Shown piece after piece: positions 8,366 to 16,815 of a stretch of DNA of 33,348 bases (position 1 is its first letter; each line of letters opens with the position of its first letter). The position numbers and the translations under genes are program-made. Below the pieces are notes generated by a model. That model did not search any database. It was not told the origin of the DNA and was given only the letters and a program-made list of their open reading frames with translations. The stretch comes from an uncultured Candidatus Saccharibacteria bacterium (GTDB lineage Bacteria; Patescibacteriota; Doudnabacteria; UBA920), in NCBI GenBank assembly GCA_964501685.1, contig CAZCTL010000001.1, forward strand, positions 1-33,348. Direction: 5' to 3'.

Positions 8366-10297
8366 ATGGAAAGTTCATATTGGGCAGCTGCAAGCATAAA
8401 TGAAATCGCAGAACACATACTGAAACGTAAAGACGAATACTACAAGTTCCTAGACGTGTCAGGCATACTTGCAGAGCTAAAGAAGTCTTATAAGCTTTTC
8501 TACGGCAACTCAGCTATAGACGAGACTAAAAACGGCAAAGTAATCATGTCTGTAAACCACTATGCATCTTTGGTTCGTAGCCTGCACAATCTGGTAACTC
8601 AAAACCGACCGGCGTTCGAAGCCAGAGCTGTCAACTCAGACTACGACAGCCAAGCTGTGTCTATATTAGCCGAAGGCCTACTGGACTACTACCTACGAGA
8701 AAAAAAGCTTGAGGACCTGCTTAAAACTGTGTGCCAAACTTCTTTGTACTTGCGAGAAGGTTGGATTGTAGCCGAATGGAATGCACAAGGTGGGGAAGTC
8801 TACGGCATAAACCCAGAAAGTGGCACACCTATCAATGAAGGCGACGTTGACTATTCTGCGTACAACATGCTAGAAATTATCAGACCAGTATCTGGAAAGC
8901 CAAACTGGTATATAATCCGTAAACAGGTAAACAAATTTGATTTAATTGCTAAATACCCAGAGTTAGAGTCCGAGTTGCTTGATGCTGCTCAATCAGTCCA
9001 GGAAAAGCGCAAGTGGTCTTTAAGCTACATTGCAGACACTGAGCAAGAGAACGATAACTGCGAAATGCTAGTCTTTATGCATGATAAAACCCCGGCGTTG
9101 CCGCAAGGTCGACTAGTTGAGTGCGTTGGTGACGTAGTGCTTACCGATGGGCCATTGCCATACAAAAAGCCATATTGCTTCTGCATCAAGTCTATGGACG
9201 CATTACAAACTAGCTTTGGTCATTCCCCAGCCATGGATATTATCCCACTGCAAAACGCCATGGACACTTGTTTCTCAGTGGCACTTTCAAACATAAACAG
9301 CTTTGGTATTGGTACGCTAGTTAGTGAAAAAGGAAGCTTGTCAGTTAGTCAAATACGTGAAGGCCTACAGCACCTGGAGCACACCAAAGGCTCTCAGGCT
9401 CCGGCGGTACTAAATATGCTCCAAATGCCTCCCGGCGTCATGGACTTTGCTAATTCGCTTATTCAGAACTCTGAGACCATTTCAGGCGTTAACTCAGTAG
9501 CCAGAGGTAATGTACCCCACCAAATGTCTGGGACTGCTATGGCCTTGGTTGCCCAGCAAGCTTTAACCTTTAGCTCTGGCCTGCAAGCATCCTACAACAT
9601 GCTCATTGAAAGTGTTGGCAACGCTTTAATTGAACTGCTCCAAACTTATGCAGTCGTACCTCGCATTGCCCAAATTGCCGGTAAGTCCAAAAAGCCTTAT
9701 ATGCGCAAATTCAAAGGTGACGACCTGAAAGCCATATCCAAGATTGTTGTTGATGCAGCTAATGCATTCACTAAGACAGGAGCCGGTAAGGTAGAAGTTG
9801 CCAACAACCTGCTTAACACAGGCCTAATTAAGCAACCTGAGCAATACTTACAAGTAGTACAAACAGGGACCTTGGAACCGCTGCTCGAAGGAGAAACTGC
9901 CCAAATCATGCTAATCCGGGAAGAAAATGAATCACTAGGCGAAGGACAGCCAGCTCAGGCAATTATGACTGACAACCACAGTCTGCATGTAATAGAACAC
10001 TCAATAGTGCTCTCCGACCCAATGGTCCGAAGTAACCCACAAATTACTCAAAGCGTTTTGGCACACATACAGCAGCATATTGACTTGGCTATGAGCATGC
10101 CCCCTGCCCTGTCTGCCATGCTTAAACAACAATCGTTTATGCAACCACCAATGCCGCCAGAAGGAGGAGCCCCAATGTCTCCAGAGGCAGCCGGAGGAAC
10201 ACCAGCACCAGAAAGCATGCAGACTGCTCAAACACCAAACATGCCTACTATAGCTGGAACAAACCAAGAATTTGACCCATCTGCGGTGCCGCAATGA
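8366..10297 (+). CDS. portal protein
   Basis: A 643-aa ORF directly after TerL and before the scaffold and capsid genes. It has a Pro/Met-rich C-terminal tail. The call rests on synteny and size. Confidence 0.8.
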   Translation: MESSYWAAASINEIAEHILKRKDEYYKFLDVSGILAELKKSYKLFYGNSAIDETKNGKVIMSVNHYASLVRSLHNLVTQNRPAFEARAVNSDYDSQAVSILAEGLLDYYLREKKLEDLLKTVCQTSLYLREGWIVAEWNAQGGEVYGINPESGTPINEGDVDYSAYNMLEIIRPVSGKPNWYIIRKQVNKFDLIAKYPELESELLDAAQSVQEKRKWSLSYIADTEQENDNCEMLVFMHDKTPALPQGRLVECVGDVVLTDGPLPYKKPYCFCIKSMDALQTSFGHSPAMDIIPLQNAMDTCFSVALSNINSFGIGTLVSEKGSLSVSQIREGLQHLEHTKGSQAPAVLNMLQMPPGVMDFANSLIQNSETISGVNSVARGNVPHQMSGTAMALVAQQALTFSSGLQASYNMLIESVGNALIELLQTYAVVPRIAQIAGKSKKPYMRKFKGDDLKAISKIVVDAANAFTKTGAGKVEVANNLLNTGLIKQPEQYLQVVQTGTLEPLLEGETAQIMLIREENESLGEGQPAQAIMTDNHSLHVIEHSIVLSDPMVRSNPQITQSVLAHIQQHIDLAMSMPPALSAMLKQQSFMQPPMPPEGGAPMSPEAAGGTPAPESMQTAQTPNMPTIAGTNQEFDPSAVPQ

Positions 10298-10467
10298 ACA
10301 TAATTGCAGATGTGCTACAAATAAAGAGGCTGGAAAAGCAGCTAGGCCGGAAACTCACCTGGCCCGAAGAACGTGGCTTGAAATGGATTAAGGTAAGCAA
10401 AGAACATTCAGTAAGAATAGTTCAATTATCATTACAATGGATACATAACAAAAACAATTGCAAATAG
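10294..10467 (+). CDS. candidate small ORF, 57 aa
   Basis: ATGA overlap with the portal stop. It translates to MNIIADVLQIKRLEKQLGRKLTWPEERGLKWIKVSKEHSVRIVQLSLQWIHNKNNCK. It fills the portal-scaffold gap. Confidence 0.4.
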   Translation: MNIIADVLQIKRLEKQLGRKLTWPEERGLKWIKVSKEHSVRIVQLSLQWIHNKNNCK

Positions 10468-10475
10468 GAGATTTT

Positions 10476-11372
10476 ATGTCAGATGTAGCAGTAGCAGCCC
10501 CAAGTACCCCAGTAGCTGATTCCGCACCCAGTGTTGCAGAAAAGTCACAGGTAACAAGCGAAGTGCCCGCCAATTCCCCGCCACAGCCTCCAAAGCCTGA
10601 GAAGAAAAAGTTCAAATACAAGGCAGACGGTGCGGAAGTAGAAGAGGAACTAGACGAGGCGGAAGTCGGCAATCGACTAAGCTTGGCAAAAGCAGCTCAG
10701 AAACGAATGCAAGAAGCTGCAAACGTTCAAAAGCAAACCAAAGCATTTTACGAAGCGCTACAAAAAGACCCTTTGTCTGTTTTGACCGACCCAAAGGTCA
10801 TGGGCAGCGAGAAGTTCCAGCAGTTAGCAGAACAATTTCTTAGCAAAAAGCTCGCGGAACAAATGCTAACGCCAGAAGAACGTGCCCAACAAGAAAAAGA
10901 GGCTCGACTAGCCAAATATGAGCAAGAAGAAGCCAGACGCAACGAAGAAGCTAATCAAGCCAAGGCTCAGCAGCTGGAGGCGCACTATGCCAAGCAGTAC
11001 GAACAAACCATTATGACTGCGTTACAAACCTCTAATCTGCCAAAAAACCCATTTACAGTCAAACGCATGGCAGAACTGATGCAAAAGAATATTCAGCATG
11101 GTTTGGACCTGGAGCCGCAAGCATTGGCACAATTGGTCAAAGAAGATTATCAGTCTGAGCTGCGCCAATTAATAAACGGTGCAGAGCCAGAGGCTATTTT
11201 AGGTATGTTTGGGGAAGACCTTAGCAATAAAATCCGAAAGCACGATTTAAGTAAGTTTCAGGCTAAAAACCCAGCTCCAAAGCCTGTAGGACCTTCAGAA
11301 CCCAGAGAAAGTAGACAAAAAATGACTCCAAGGGAATATACTGAGTATTTAAAAAATAAATTTGCAAAATAA
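10476..11372 (+). CDS. scaffolding protein
   Basis: ATG at 10476 lies 6 nt after AGGAG. The sequence is E/Q/K/A-rich with coiled-coil character (QQEKEARLAKYEQEEARRNEEANQAKAQQLEAHYAKQYE). It sits between portal and capsid. Confidence 0.7.
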   Translation: MSDVAVAAPSTPVADSAPSVAEKSQVTSEVPANSPPQPPKPEKKKFKYKADGAEVEEELDEAEVGNRLSLAKAAQKRMQEAANVQKQTKAFYEALQKDPLSVLTDPKVMGSEKFQQLAEQFLSKKLAEQMLTPEERAQQEKEARLAKYEQEEARRNEEANQAKAQQLEAHYAKQYEQTIMTALQTSNLPKNPFTVKRMAELMQKNIQHGLDLEPQALAQLVKEDYQSELRQLINGAEPEAILGMFGEDLSNKIRKHDLSKFQAKNPAPKPVGPSEPRESRQKMTPREYTEYLKNKFAK

Positions 11373-11533
11373 TATAAAATAAAACACCAAAATAAACAAC
11401 ACTATCAGAAGGTGTATTTTACACGGCGTTTTAGTCTACCCTTGGATGACCTAAACCAACCAAATAAAGCAAACCGACTACCCCACACTAACTTAACTAT
11501 ATATTAGCCTAAAACAGGCAAAAGGAATAAAAA

Positions 11534-12748
11534 ATGGCTCAAACAAATACAGTCGCAACACTAGATGGTATGTACAAAAAGGTATATGCTGACAAAGGTC
11601 CAATTGAGGCTCTACCAGAGTTTTCAATTCTTCAAGAACTGGTCCCTTTCTCTACTGCAAAAAGAACAGGTAAGTCTTACAACGTTCCAATCGTAGTAGC
11701 TGATGAGCATGGATTTTCATATGGAGCCGCTGACGAGACAATCACACTCAATACCGAAATCGCTGCTACTCTTAAGGAAATTTCAGTCGACGGGGCCCAA
11801 ATCGTCGGTCAAGCTTCTCTGAATTATGATGCAGCTTCTAGGTCTCAAGGTTCTGAGCAGGCTTTCTTGGATTGCGCTCACTTGGTAATCCAAAACCTGA
11901 TGAACTCTCACAGCAAAAAGCTCGAGGCTTCTCTTCTTTATGGACGAAAAGGTATTGGAACTGTTAGCTCTCTCAGCTCTCAAGACATTGTTCTCACTGC
12001 TGCTTCTTGGTCTGATGGACTTATGATGAACCTGATTAACGCCAAAATCGACGTTTATCAATCTGATTTGACAACTCTTCGCCAAGGTGACTTGGTAGTG
12101 ACTGCGGTTGCTCCAGACACTTATACTTTGACAGTAACTGGAACTACCACTGGTATCGTTTCAACTGACGTTATATTCTACGATGGTTCTTTGGGTAAAG
12201 AGTGCTACGGACTTGATGCTATCGCTACTAATACAGGTTCTATGTTCGGTATCAACGCTGCTTCTTACCCAGCTTGGAAATCTCAGTCATATTCTTGCGG
12301 GTCTGCTGCATTGACAATGTCAAAAGTTCTTTCTGGAGCTTCTTTGGCTGTCAGCCGAGGCGGACTCAGTGAAGAATCAGTTCTTTTGGTGCACCCTTCA
12401 AGCTTCCAAAACTTGAACACTGACCAAGCTGCTCTGACTGTTCACAGCGGTGAGAAATCTTCTGCTAAAAACGGATTCGACGAACTTGTATTCCGAGGTG
12501 TTTCTGGCCGAATCATGGTTAAACCTCACCCTGCTGTTAAACGCGGTGATGCTTTCTTGTTCTCTCCTAAGAATCTTCGACGAGTTGGTTCACAAGATAT
12601 CAGCAACGAAAGACCTGGAAGCGATGGAAAGATTTTCTTCGACTCTCAGACTTTGAGCGCTCAAATCATCCGTTCTTACAGTAACCAAGCGATTTTTGCA
12701 GAAAAACCAGCACAAATCGTTAAGTTTACTGCAATCGTACCTAACTAG
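11534..12748 (+). CDS. major capsid protein
   Basis: A 404-aa ORF after the scaffold gene. It is preceded by a 161-nt leader and followed by a strong hairpin. Its codon choice is visibly different (tct/gct/ggt/cgt-type). The call rests on synteny. Confidence 0.85.
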   Translation: MAQTNTVATLDGMYKKVYADKGPIEALPEFSILQELVPFSTAKRTGKSYNVPIVVADEHGFSYGAADETITLNTEIAATLKEISVDGAQIVGQASLNYDAASRSQGSEQAFLDCAHLVIQNLMNSHSKKLEASLLYGRKGIGTVSSLSSQDIVLTAASWSDGLMMNLINAKIDVYQSDLTTLRQGDLVVTAVAPDTYTLTVTGTTTGIVSTDVIFYDGSLGKECYGLDAIATNTGSMFGINAASYPAWKSQSYSCGSAALTMSKVLSGASLAVSRGGLSEESVLLVHPSSFQNLNTDQAALTVHSGEKSSAKNGFDELVFRGVSGRIMVKPHPAVKRGDAFLFSPKNLRRVGSQDISNERPGSDGKIFFDSQTLSAQIIRSYSNQAIFAEKPAQIVKFTAIVPN

Positions 12749-12760
12749 TAGCCCTCCCCT

Positions 12761-12810
12761 GGCCCTATAGACTTACTTTCTCCTGGTAAGCTTTATAGGG
12801 CCTTCTTACT
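12761..12810 (+). terminator. intrinsic terminator/attenuator after the capsid gene
   Basis: GGCCCTATA (12761-12769) pairs with TATAGGGCC (12794-12802). An inner CTTAC/GTAAG pair extends the stem around a 9-nt loop. The hairpin is followed by TTCTTACTT. Confidence 0.6.
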
Positions 12811-12821
12811 TAGGAGTTTAG

Positions 12822-14183
12822 ATGTCGTCAACTATCACATTCAATGGGGTGTCTTACTCGGTCCCCGCCACTGGTGACGAGAATTGGTCAGACAGTTTAA
12901 CACTATATCTTATTGCTATAGCTTCTGGAGCTTTGCAAAAAACTGGTGGAACCTTTACTCTCACAGCCGAAACAGACTTCGGTGCCACTTATGGAATTAA
13001 GTCCACATACTACAAATCTAGAGCCACAAATCCTTCAAGTACGGGCATAGTGCGACTTGGCAACACTGAATCAATTTCTTGGCGAAATGCTGCAAACAGT
13101 GCAGATTATGCACTAAAAGTAAATGCTTCAAACATTCTCGAGTACAACGGCAATGCAGTTCTTGATGCAGCCTCGTCTGCACTAAATTTACTTATCACAA
13201 ACGCAATGGTCAGCAACTCAGCAGCCATTGCTTACTCTAAGTTGAACCTTGGAACAAGCATAGTAAACGCTGACATTTCAGCCTCCGCCGCAATCGCCTA
13301 CTCTAAGTTAAACCTTGGAACAAGCATAGTAAACGCTGACATTTCAACGAGCGCAGCAATCGCCATGTCTAAATTGGCAGCTCTCACAACAGGCAAAGTT
13401 CTACAATCAAATGCGTCAACAGGTGCCATAGAAGCTTCGAGTGTTTCAACAACAACTCTAGGTTACTTGGATGCAACTTCTTCAGTACAGACACAATTAG
13501 ATGCAAAATCGCCAATAGCATCGCCGACATTCACAGGCACAGCGACCGTTGCACAACTTATAGACTCAGGACTTACAGCAAACACCGTCCCCTATGCTAA
13601 TGCTTCTAAACAACTTACCTCTAGTGCCGTAACACCAACTGAATTGGGCTATGTTTCGGGAGTAACTTCGGCAATACAAACACAAATAAATGCTATATCC
13701 GCCACAACCGTCCCTTCAGGGCAAATTTCTATGTATGGAGGAAGTTCTGCGCCTTCTGGTTATCTGCTGTGTGATGGGTCGGCAGTTTCTAGAACTACTT
13801 ATGCCGCACTATTTACTGCAATCAGCACAACTTTTGGAGTGGGCGATGGCTCTACTACTTTCAATGTGCCAGACATAAGAGGTATATTCGTTAGAGGAGC
13901 CGGTACTCATGGTACTTTAACTAATGCAAATGGAACAGCCTTTTCCGGCACTCTTGGAACACAACAAAACGATAAAATGCAGGGTCATGCGCATTCTGGA
14001 AATTTCCCTCAAGTAAATGGGTCACATGTTAATGATGCAGGAACTGGGACTTTATACGGTACAGGAAGCACTAATTCTGCGTCTATTGGTAATCCCTCTG
14101 CTGATGGTGCTAACGGGACTCCCAGAACAGGCACTGAAACAAACCCCGCAAATATAAGTTTAACTTACATAATCAAGACATAA
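12822..14183 (+). CDS. tail fiber protein with C-terminal phage tail-collar domain
   Basis: GYLLCDGSAVSRTTYAALFTAISTTFGVGDGSTTFNVPDIRGIFVRGAG matches the tail-collar signature (G.l.CdG..l....y.aLf..ig..yG.gdg.ttF.lPDlRG.f..g.G). The rest is Ser/Thr/Ala-rich and fibrous. Confidence 0.85.
   Translation: MSSTITFNGVSYSVPATGDENWSDSLTLYLIAIASGALQKTGGTFTLTAETDFGATYGIKSTYYKSRATNPSSTGIVRLGNTESISWRNAANSADYALKVNASNILEYNGNAVLDAASSALNLLITNAMVSNSAAIAYSKLNLGTSIVNADISASAAIAYSKLNLGTSIVNADISTSAAIAMSKLAALTTGKVLQSNASTGAIEASSVSTTTLGYLDATSSVQTQLDAKSPIASPTFTGTATVAQLIDSGLTANTVPYANASKQLTSSAVTPTELGYVSGVTSAIQTQINAISATTVPSGQISMYGGSSAPSGYLLCDGSAVSRTTYAALFTAISTTFGVGDGSTTFNVPDIRGIFVRGAGTHGTLTNANGTAFSGTLGTQQNDKMQGHAHSGNFPQVNGSHVNDAGTGTLYGTGSTNSASIGNPSADGANGTPRTGTETNPANISLTYIIKT
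13221..13379 (+). repeat. 66-bp tandem duplication (2.4 copies) inside the tail fiber gene
   Basis: Units lie at 13221-13286 and 13287-13352, with a partial third unit to 13379. A 36-nt stretch is identical in both units (13245-13280 and 13311-13346). It encodes AAIAYSKLNLGTSIVNADISxS twice, then AAIAMSKLA. Confidence 0.9.
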
Positions 14184-14337
14184 AGGAACTAAAATGATGG
14201 TTAACCTCGAATGCCCAAAGAAAATATGCCGACTAAGGGCCGAGTAATGTTGGCGCTTATTAACAAACTCTGGACGATTTTGCCTAAAGGTCTAAATAGT
14301 AGAAACCCAGAGACATTCTTTTAAAGGAACTAAAATG
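14181..14337 (+). repeat. exact 16-bp direct repeat TAAAGGAACTAAAATG flanking a 125-bp insert
   Basis: Copies lie at 14181-14196 and 14322-14337. Each combines a stop codon, an SD and a start codon. The insert holds two micro-ORFs: 14194-14247 (17 aa) and 14247-14324 (25 aa). Confidence 0.8.
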
Positions 14338-14940
14338 CAATTAATGGAACTAAACACACAGACAGGCTCTTGCGCAGCGGCCCTGACCCTTGACGCAATA
14401 ACATGCACCACAAGTAAAGTTGTAGGGATTCAACTCAATGTAACAGTAGCAACACCAGCTGTAAAAACATTCGTAGACGCAGACGTAACTGTGGGTACAG
14501 ACTTAATTACTATTGCTAGCCATGGATTTGCGACAGGATTACGAGTTGCGGCTACAACTGACGGTACATTACCAGCAGGACTTTCTGCAACAAACTATTG
14601 GATTATCAAAGTATCTAGTTCTACGTTCAAGTTGGCATCTTCAGCAGCAAATGCTCTGGCTGGAACCGCCGTGGACATAACTGCTGCTGCTGGAGGCGGT
14701 ACCCACACTTTGACACCCGCATCTATTTCAGGAGCCAGTTATAAAACACAAGTAAGCCTGGATGGTGTGACTTATGTAGACCTTGTTACCCATGACTTGT
14801 TGCCAGTAGGTGCAAACATAACTGCGACCGCAGGTTGGTATTGGGATTGGAACACCCCAGCTTTTAACTACTATAGAATTGTCTTTGCAGCTACTACAGG
14901 TCAATTTTCTTACTCACTTCTTTCAACAACCAAATCATAA
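14335..14940 (+). CDS. virion-associated protein (fiber/tail accessory), function unknown
   Basis: Located in the virion module with an AGGA SD. It contains HGFATGLRV..TDGTLPAGLS..TNYWIIKV.SSTFKLASS...A.AGTAVDIT, a motif I associate with phage tail or fiber proteins. Confidence 0.6.
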   Translation: MQLMELNTQTGSCAAALTLDAITCTTSKVVGIQLNVTVATPAVKTFVDADVTVGTDLITIASHGFATGLRVAATTDGTLPAGLSATNYWIIKVSSSTFKLASSAANALAGTAVDITAAAGGGTHTLTPASISGASYKTQVSLDGVTYVDLVTHDLLPVGANITATAGWYWDWNTPAFNYYRIVFAATTGQFSYSLLSTTKS

Positions 14941-14952
14941 AGGAAACAAAAA

Positions 14953-15492
14953 ATGGCAAACTCAGTAACAATTCAAATAAATATGGACTCAGATTGTCGA
15001 CAATTAGAGCGTCCGACAGGTTCTCCGCATGTTTGGGCAGATAATTTTCGCAACTTTCTCAAAGGTATTAGCTCTGGAGCCAACAATGCAGAATTTGTCC
15101 AGTTTACAGACGATGTTGCTCTCGCCTATGCTTCTGGCACTTGCACAGTAGCTTCTATTCAGGCTGATGACACAATTACAATCAATGGCACTACAATTAC
15201 AGGTAAGGCTTCTCCTTCAGGAGAATCACAATTCGACTCTGATGGCACTGATACCGTAGTAGCTGCAGCAATAGCTGCTTGTATCAATGCTCACTCTAGC
15301 TTTGCAGGAATAGTAACAGCTACTTCAAGCGCAGCAGTCGTTACTGTAAAAGCTGCACTAAAAGGCTACATGGGCAATTGCATTACACTAGCTAGCTCAA
15401 ACGGCTCTAGACTTGCTGTTTCAGCTGCTAGACTTGCTGGTGGTACTGGGTCCGGTGAAGCTGGTGTTTCTTACACTTTTGGTAAGGCATAA
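14953..15492 (+). CDS. virion-associated protein, function unknown
   Basis: AAAGGAA SD present. It shares the ADDTITING...T.KA module with the 812-aa tail protein. Confidence 0.6.
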   Translation: MANSVTIQINMDSDCRQLERPTGSPHVWADNFRNFLKGISSGANNAEFVQFTDDVALAYASGTCTVASIQADDTITINGTTITGKASPSGESQFDSDGTDTVVAAAIAACINAHSSFAGIVTATSSAAVVTVKAALKGYMGNCITLASSNGSRLAVSAARLAGGTGSGEAGVSYTFGKA

Positions 15493-15503
15493 TCTGCCTA
15501 ACT

Positions 15504-15668
15504 ATGCAAAAGTCTGCTAGCTCTAATGTCATTTCTATTAACAGGCGCCAGGAACGGGTCTTGGACGCCAGGAAAGAAATAGACAGGTTACAAAGGCGAG
15601 ATTTCTACATAGTTTTCACAGTTATAATAACAATTCTGGCGGTGTTAGTCACTGCCTTTACGAGGTAA
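15504..15668 (+). CDS. candidate tail-anchored membrane mini-protein, 54 aa
   Basis: Translates to MQKSASSNVISINRRQERVLDARKEIDRLQRRDFYIVFTVIITILAVLVTAFTR. It fills the 15493-15670 gap, but its SD is weak. Confidence 0.35.
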   Translation: MQKSASSNVISINRRQERVLDARKEIDRLQRRDFYIVFTVIITILAVLVTAFTR

Positions 15669-15670
15669 AC

Positions 15671-15949
15671 ATGGACATGAATGAATCCGCTAAACAAAAA
15701 GTGTTACAACAACTAATAGACCTCATGGACGCTAAAGGCGTTGATGGTTTAAAATCTAAAAGCCCCAAGTTCATGAAAGTCGAGACTAACGACCCTGCCA
15801 TGGCTAAAGAAGTCGTCGAAGAAGTAACCGACCATGAAATGCCGATGGAGTCTGAAATGCCCATGGAGCCTGAGAAACCTGAAATGTCAGAGTCTTCAGA
15901 CGATGAAGACATGAAGCGGCTCATGGAAATGTATAAACAACTAAAATAG
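15671..15949 (+). CDS. highly acidic small protein with EMPME-type repeats
   Basis: GAGG SD lies 5 nt upstream. The C-terminal half reads EVVEEVTDHEMPMESEMPMEPEKPEMSESSDDEDMKRLMEMY. Confidence 0.6.
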   Translation: MDMNESAKQKVLQQLIDLMDAKGVDGLKSKSPKFMKVETNDPAMAKEVVEEVTDHEMPMESEMPMEPEKPEMSESSDDEDMKRLMEMYKQLK

Positions 15950-15956
15950 GTGTCAT

Positions 15957-16814
15957 ATGACTTCCGAAGAAATAATCGCATCGGTACTACTGCGTAGCGG
16001 TTTTCCAACCGACAACTATTTTAGTAATGCTGAAATGCTAACAATAATGAACGATGAGACCAAGCTGGTCATCAATCCGTTGATTATGAAGCTTCAAGAA
16101 GAATTCTTGTTGCAAACCAAAGACTACACTATAGTCTCTGGCAGTTCATATAGGCTACCAAAAAGAGCCTTGGGAGGTAAGCTAAGAGATGTAAAAATCT
16201 TTGACGGCACTAACTACCAAAACCTAAATAGGCTTTTCGAGGAAGACAGAGCTGCTAATCCCGTTGGTTACTATTTAAACAGAAATAGTTTAGAGCTAAG
16301 TGGCGAGTTCACAGCTCAAACACTTCGGGTTACTTATTACCTAGCCCCTTCACAATTGGTGCTATCTTCGGCTGTGGCTGTAATTTCTAGTATTGACTCT
16401 GCTACCCAAGTAACAGTTACGGCATTACCCACAACTATAGCCACAAATACCCAAATAGACTTTGTGCAGTCTACTGGTCAATATGACCTATTGGCTATAG
16501 ACCAAACAGTTTCTGGAGTTGCTGGAACGTCCTTGACATTTGCTTCATTGCCGGATGGCTTGGCCGTAGGAGACCATGTATGCGTAGCCGGTCAAGCAGC
16601 TGCTCCAACTATACCTGTTGATTTACACCCTGTGTTGGTACAAGCTACATTATGTACTTGCCTAAATAGTAAAAAAGACAAAGCCATAGAAATTGAAGGT
16701 CCTAAGCTGAAAAAACTACTAGAAACTATGGAAGAAATGCTACAACCAAGAGTTGACAACGGAAGTATATTCCTAACTGGACAAGGACTGCTCAGCGCCA
16801 TAAGGAGCAGATAA
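15957..16814 (+). CDS. putative head-tail adaptor / tail tubular protein A-like
   Basis: A 285-aa ORF immediately upstream of the 812-aa tail protein. The call rests on position only, by analogy to T7 gp11/gp12. Confidence 0.4.
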   Translation: MTSEEIIASVLLRSGFPTDNYFSNAEMLTIMNDETKLVINPLIMKLQEEFLLQTKDYTIVSGSSYRLPKRALGGKLRDVKIFDGTNYQNLNRLFEEDRAANPVGYYLNRNSLELSGEFTAQTLRVTYYLAPSQLVLSSAVAVISSIDSATQVTVTALPTTIATNTQIDFVQSTGQYDLLAIDQTVSGVAGTSLTFASLPDGLAVGDHVCVAGQAAAPTIPVDLHPVLVQATLCTCLNSKKDKAIEIEGPKLKKLLETMEEMLQPRVDNGSIFLTGQGLLSAIRSR

Positions 16815-16815
16815 C

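Noticed and set aside
11373-11533. Looked for a sigma70 promoter, a tRNA or a terminator in the scaffold-capsid gap.
   Set aside because: TATATT and TATATA boxes near 11500 have no acceptable -35 at 16-18 nt. I see no tRNA-like T-arm or acceptor pairing. The ACACC/GGTGT pairing has only 5 bp with a 22-nt loop.
15658-16008. 116-aa minus-strand ORF opposite the acidic protein gene.
   Set aside because: It is the antisense reading of a GA-rich (Glu/Asp) coding region, which gives a Ser-rich artefact. It would be the only minus-strand gene and has no SD. The + strand ORF has GAGG 5 nt upstream.
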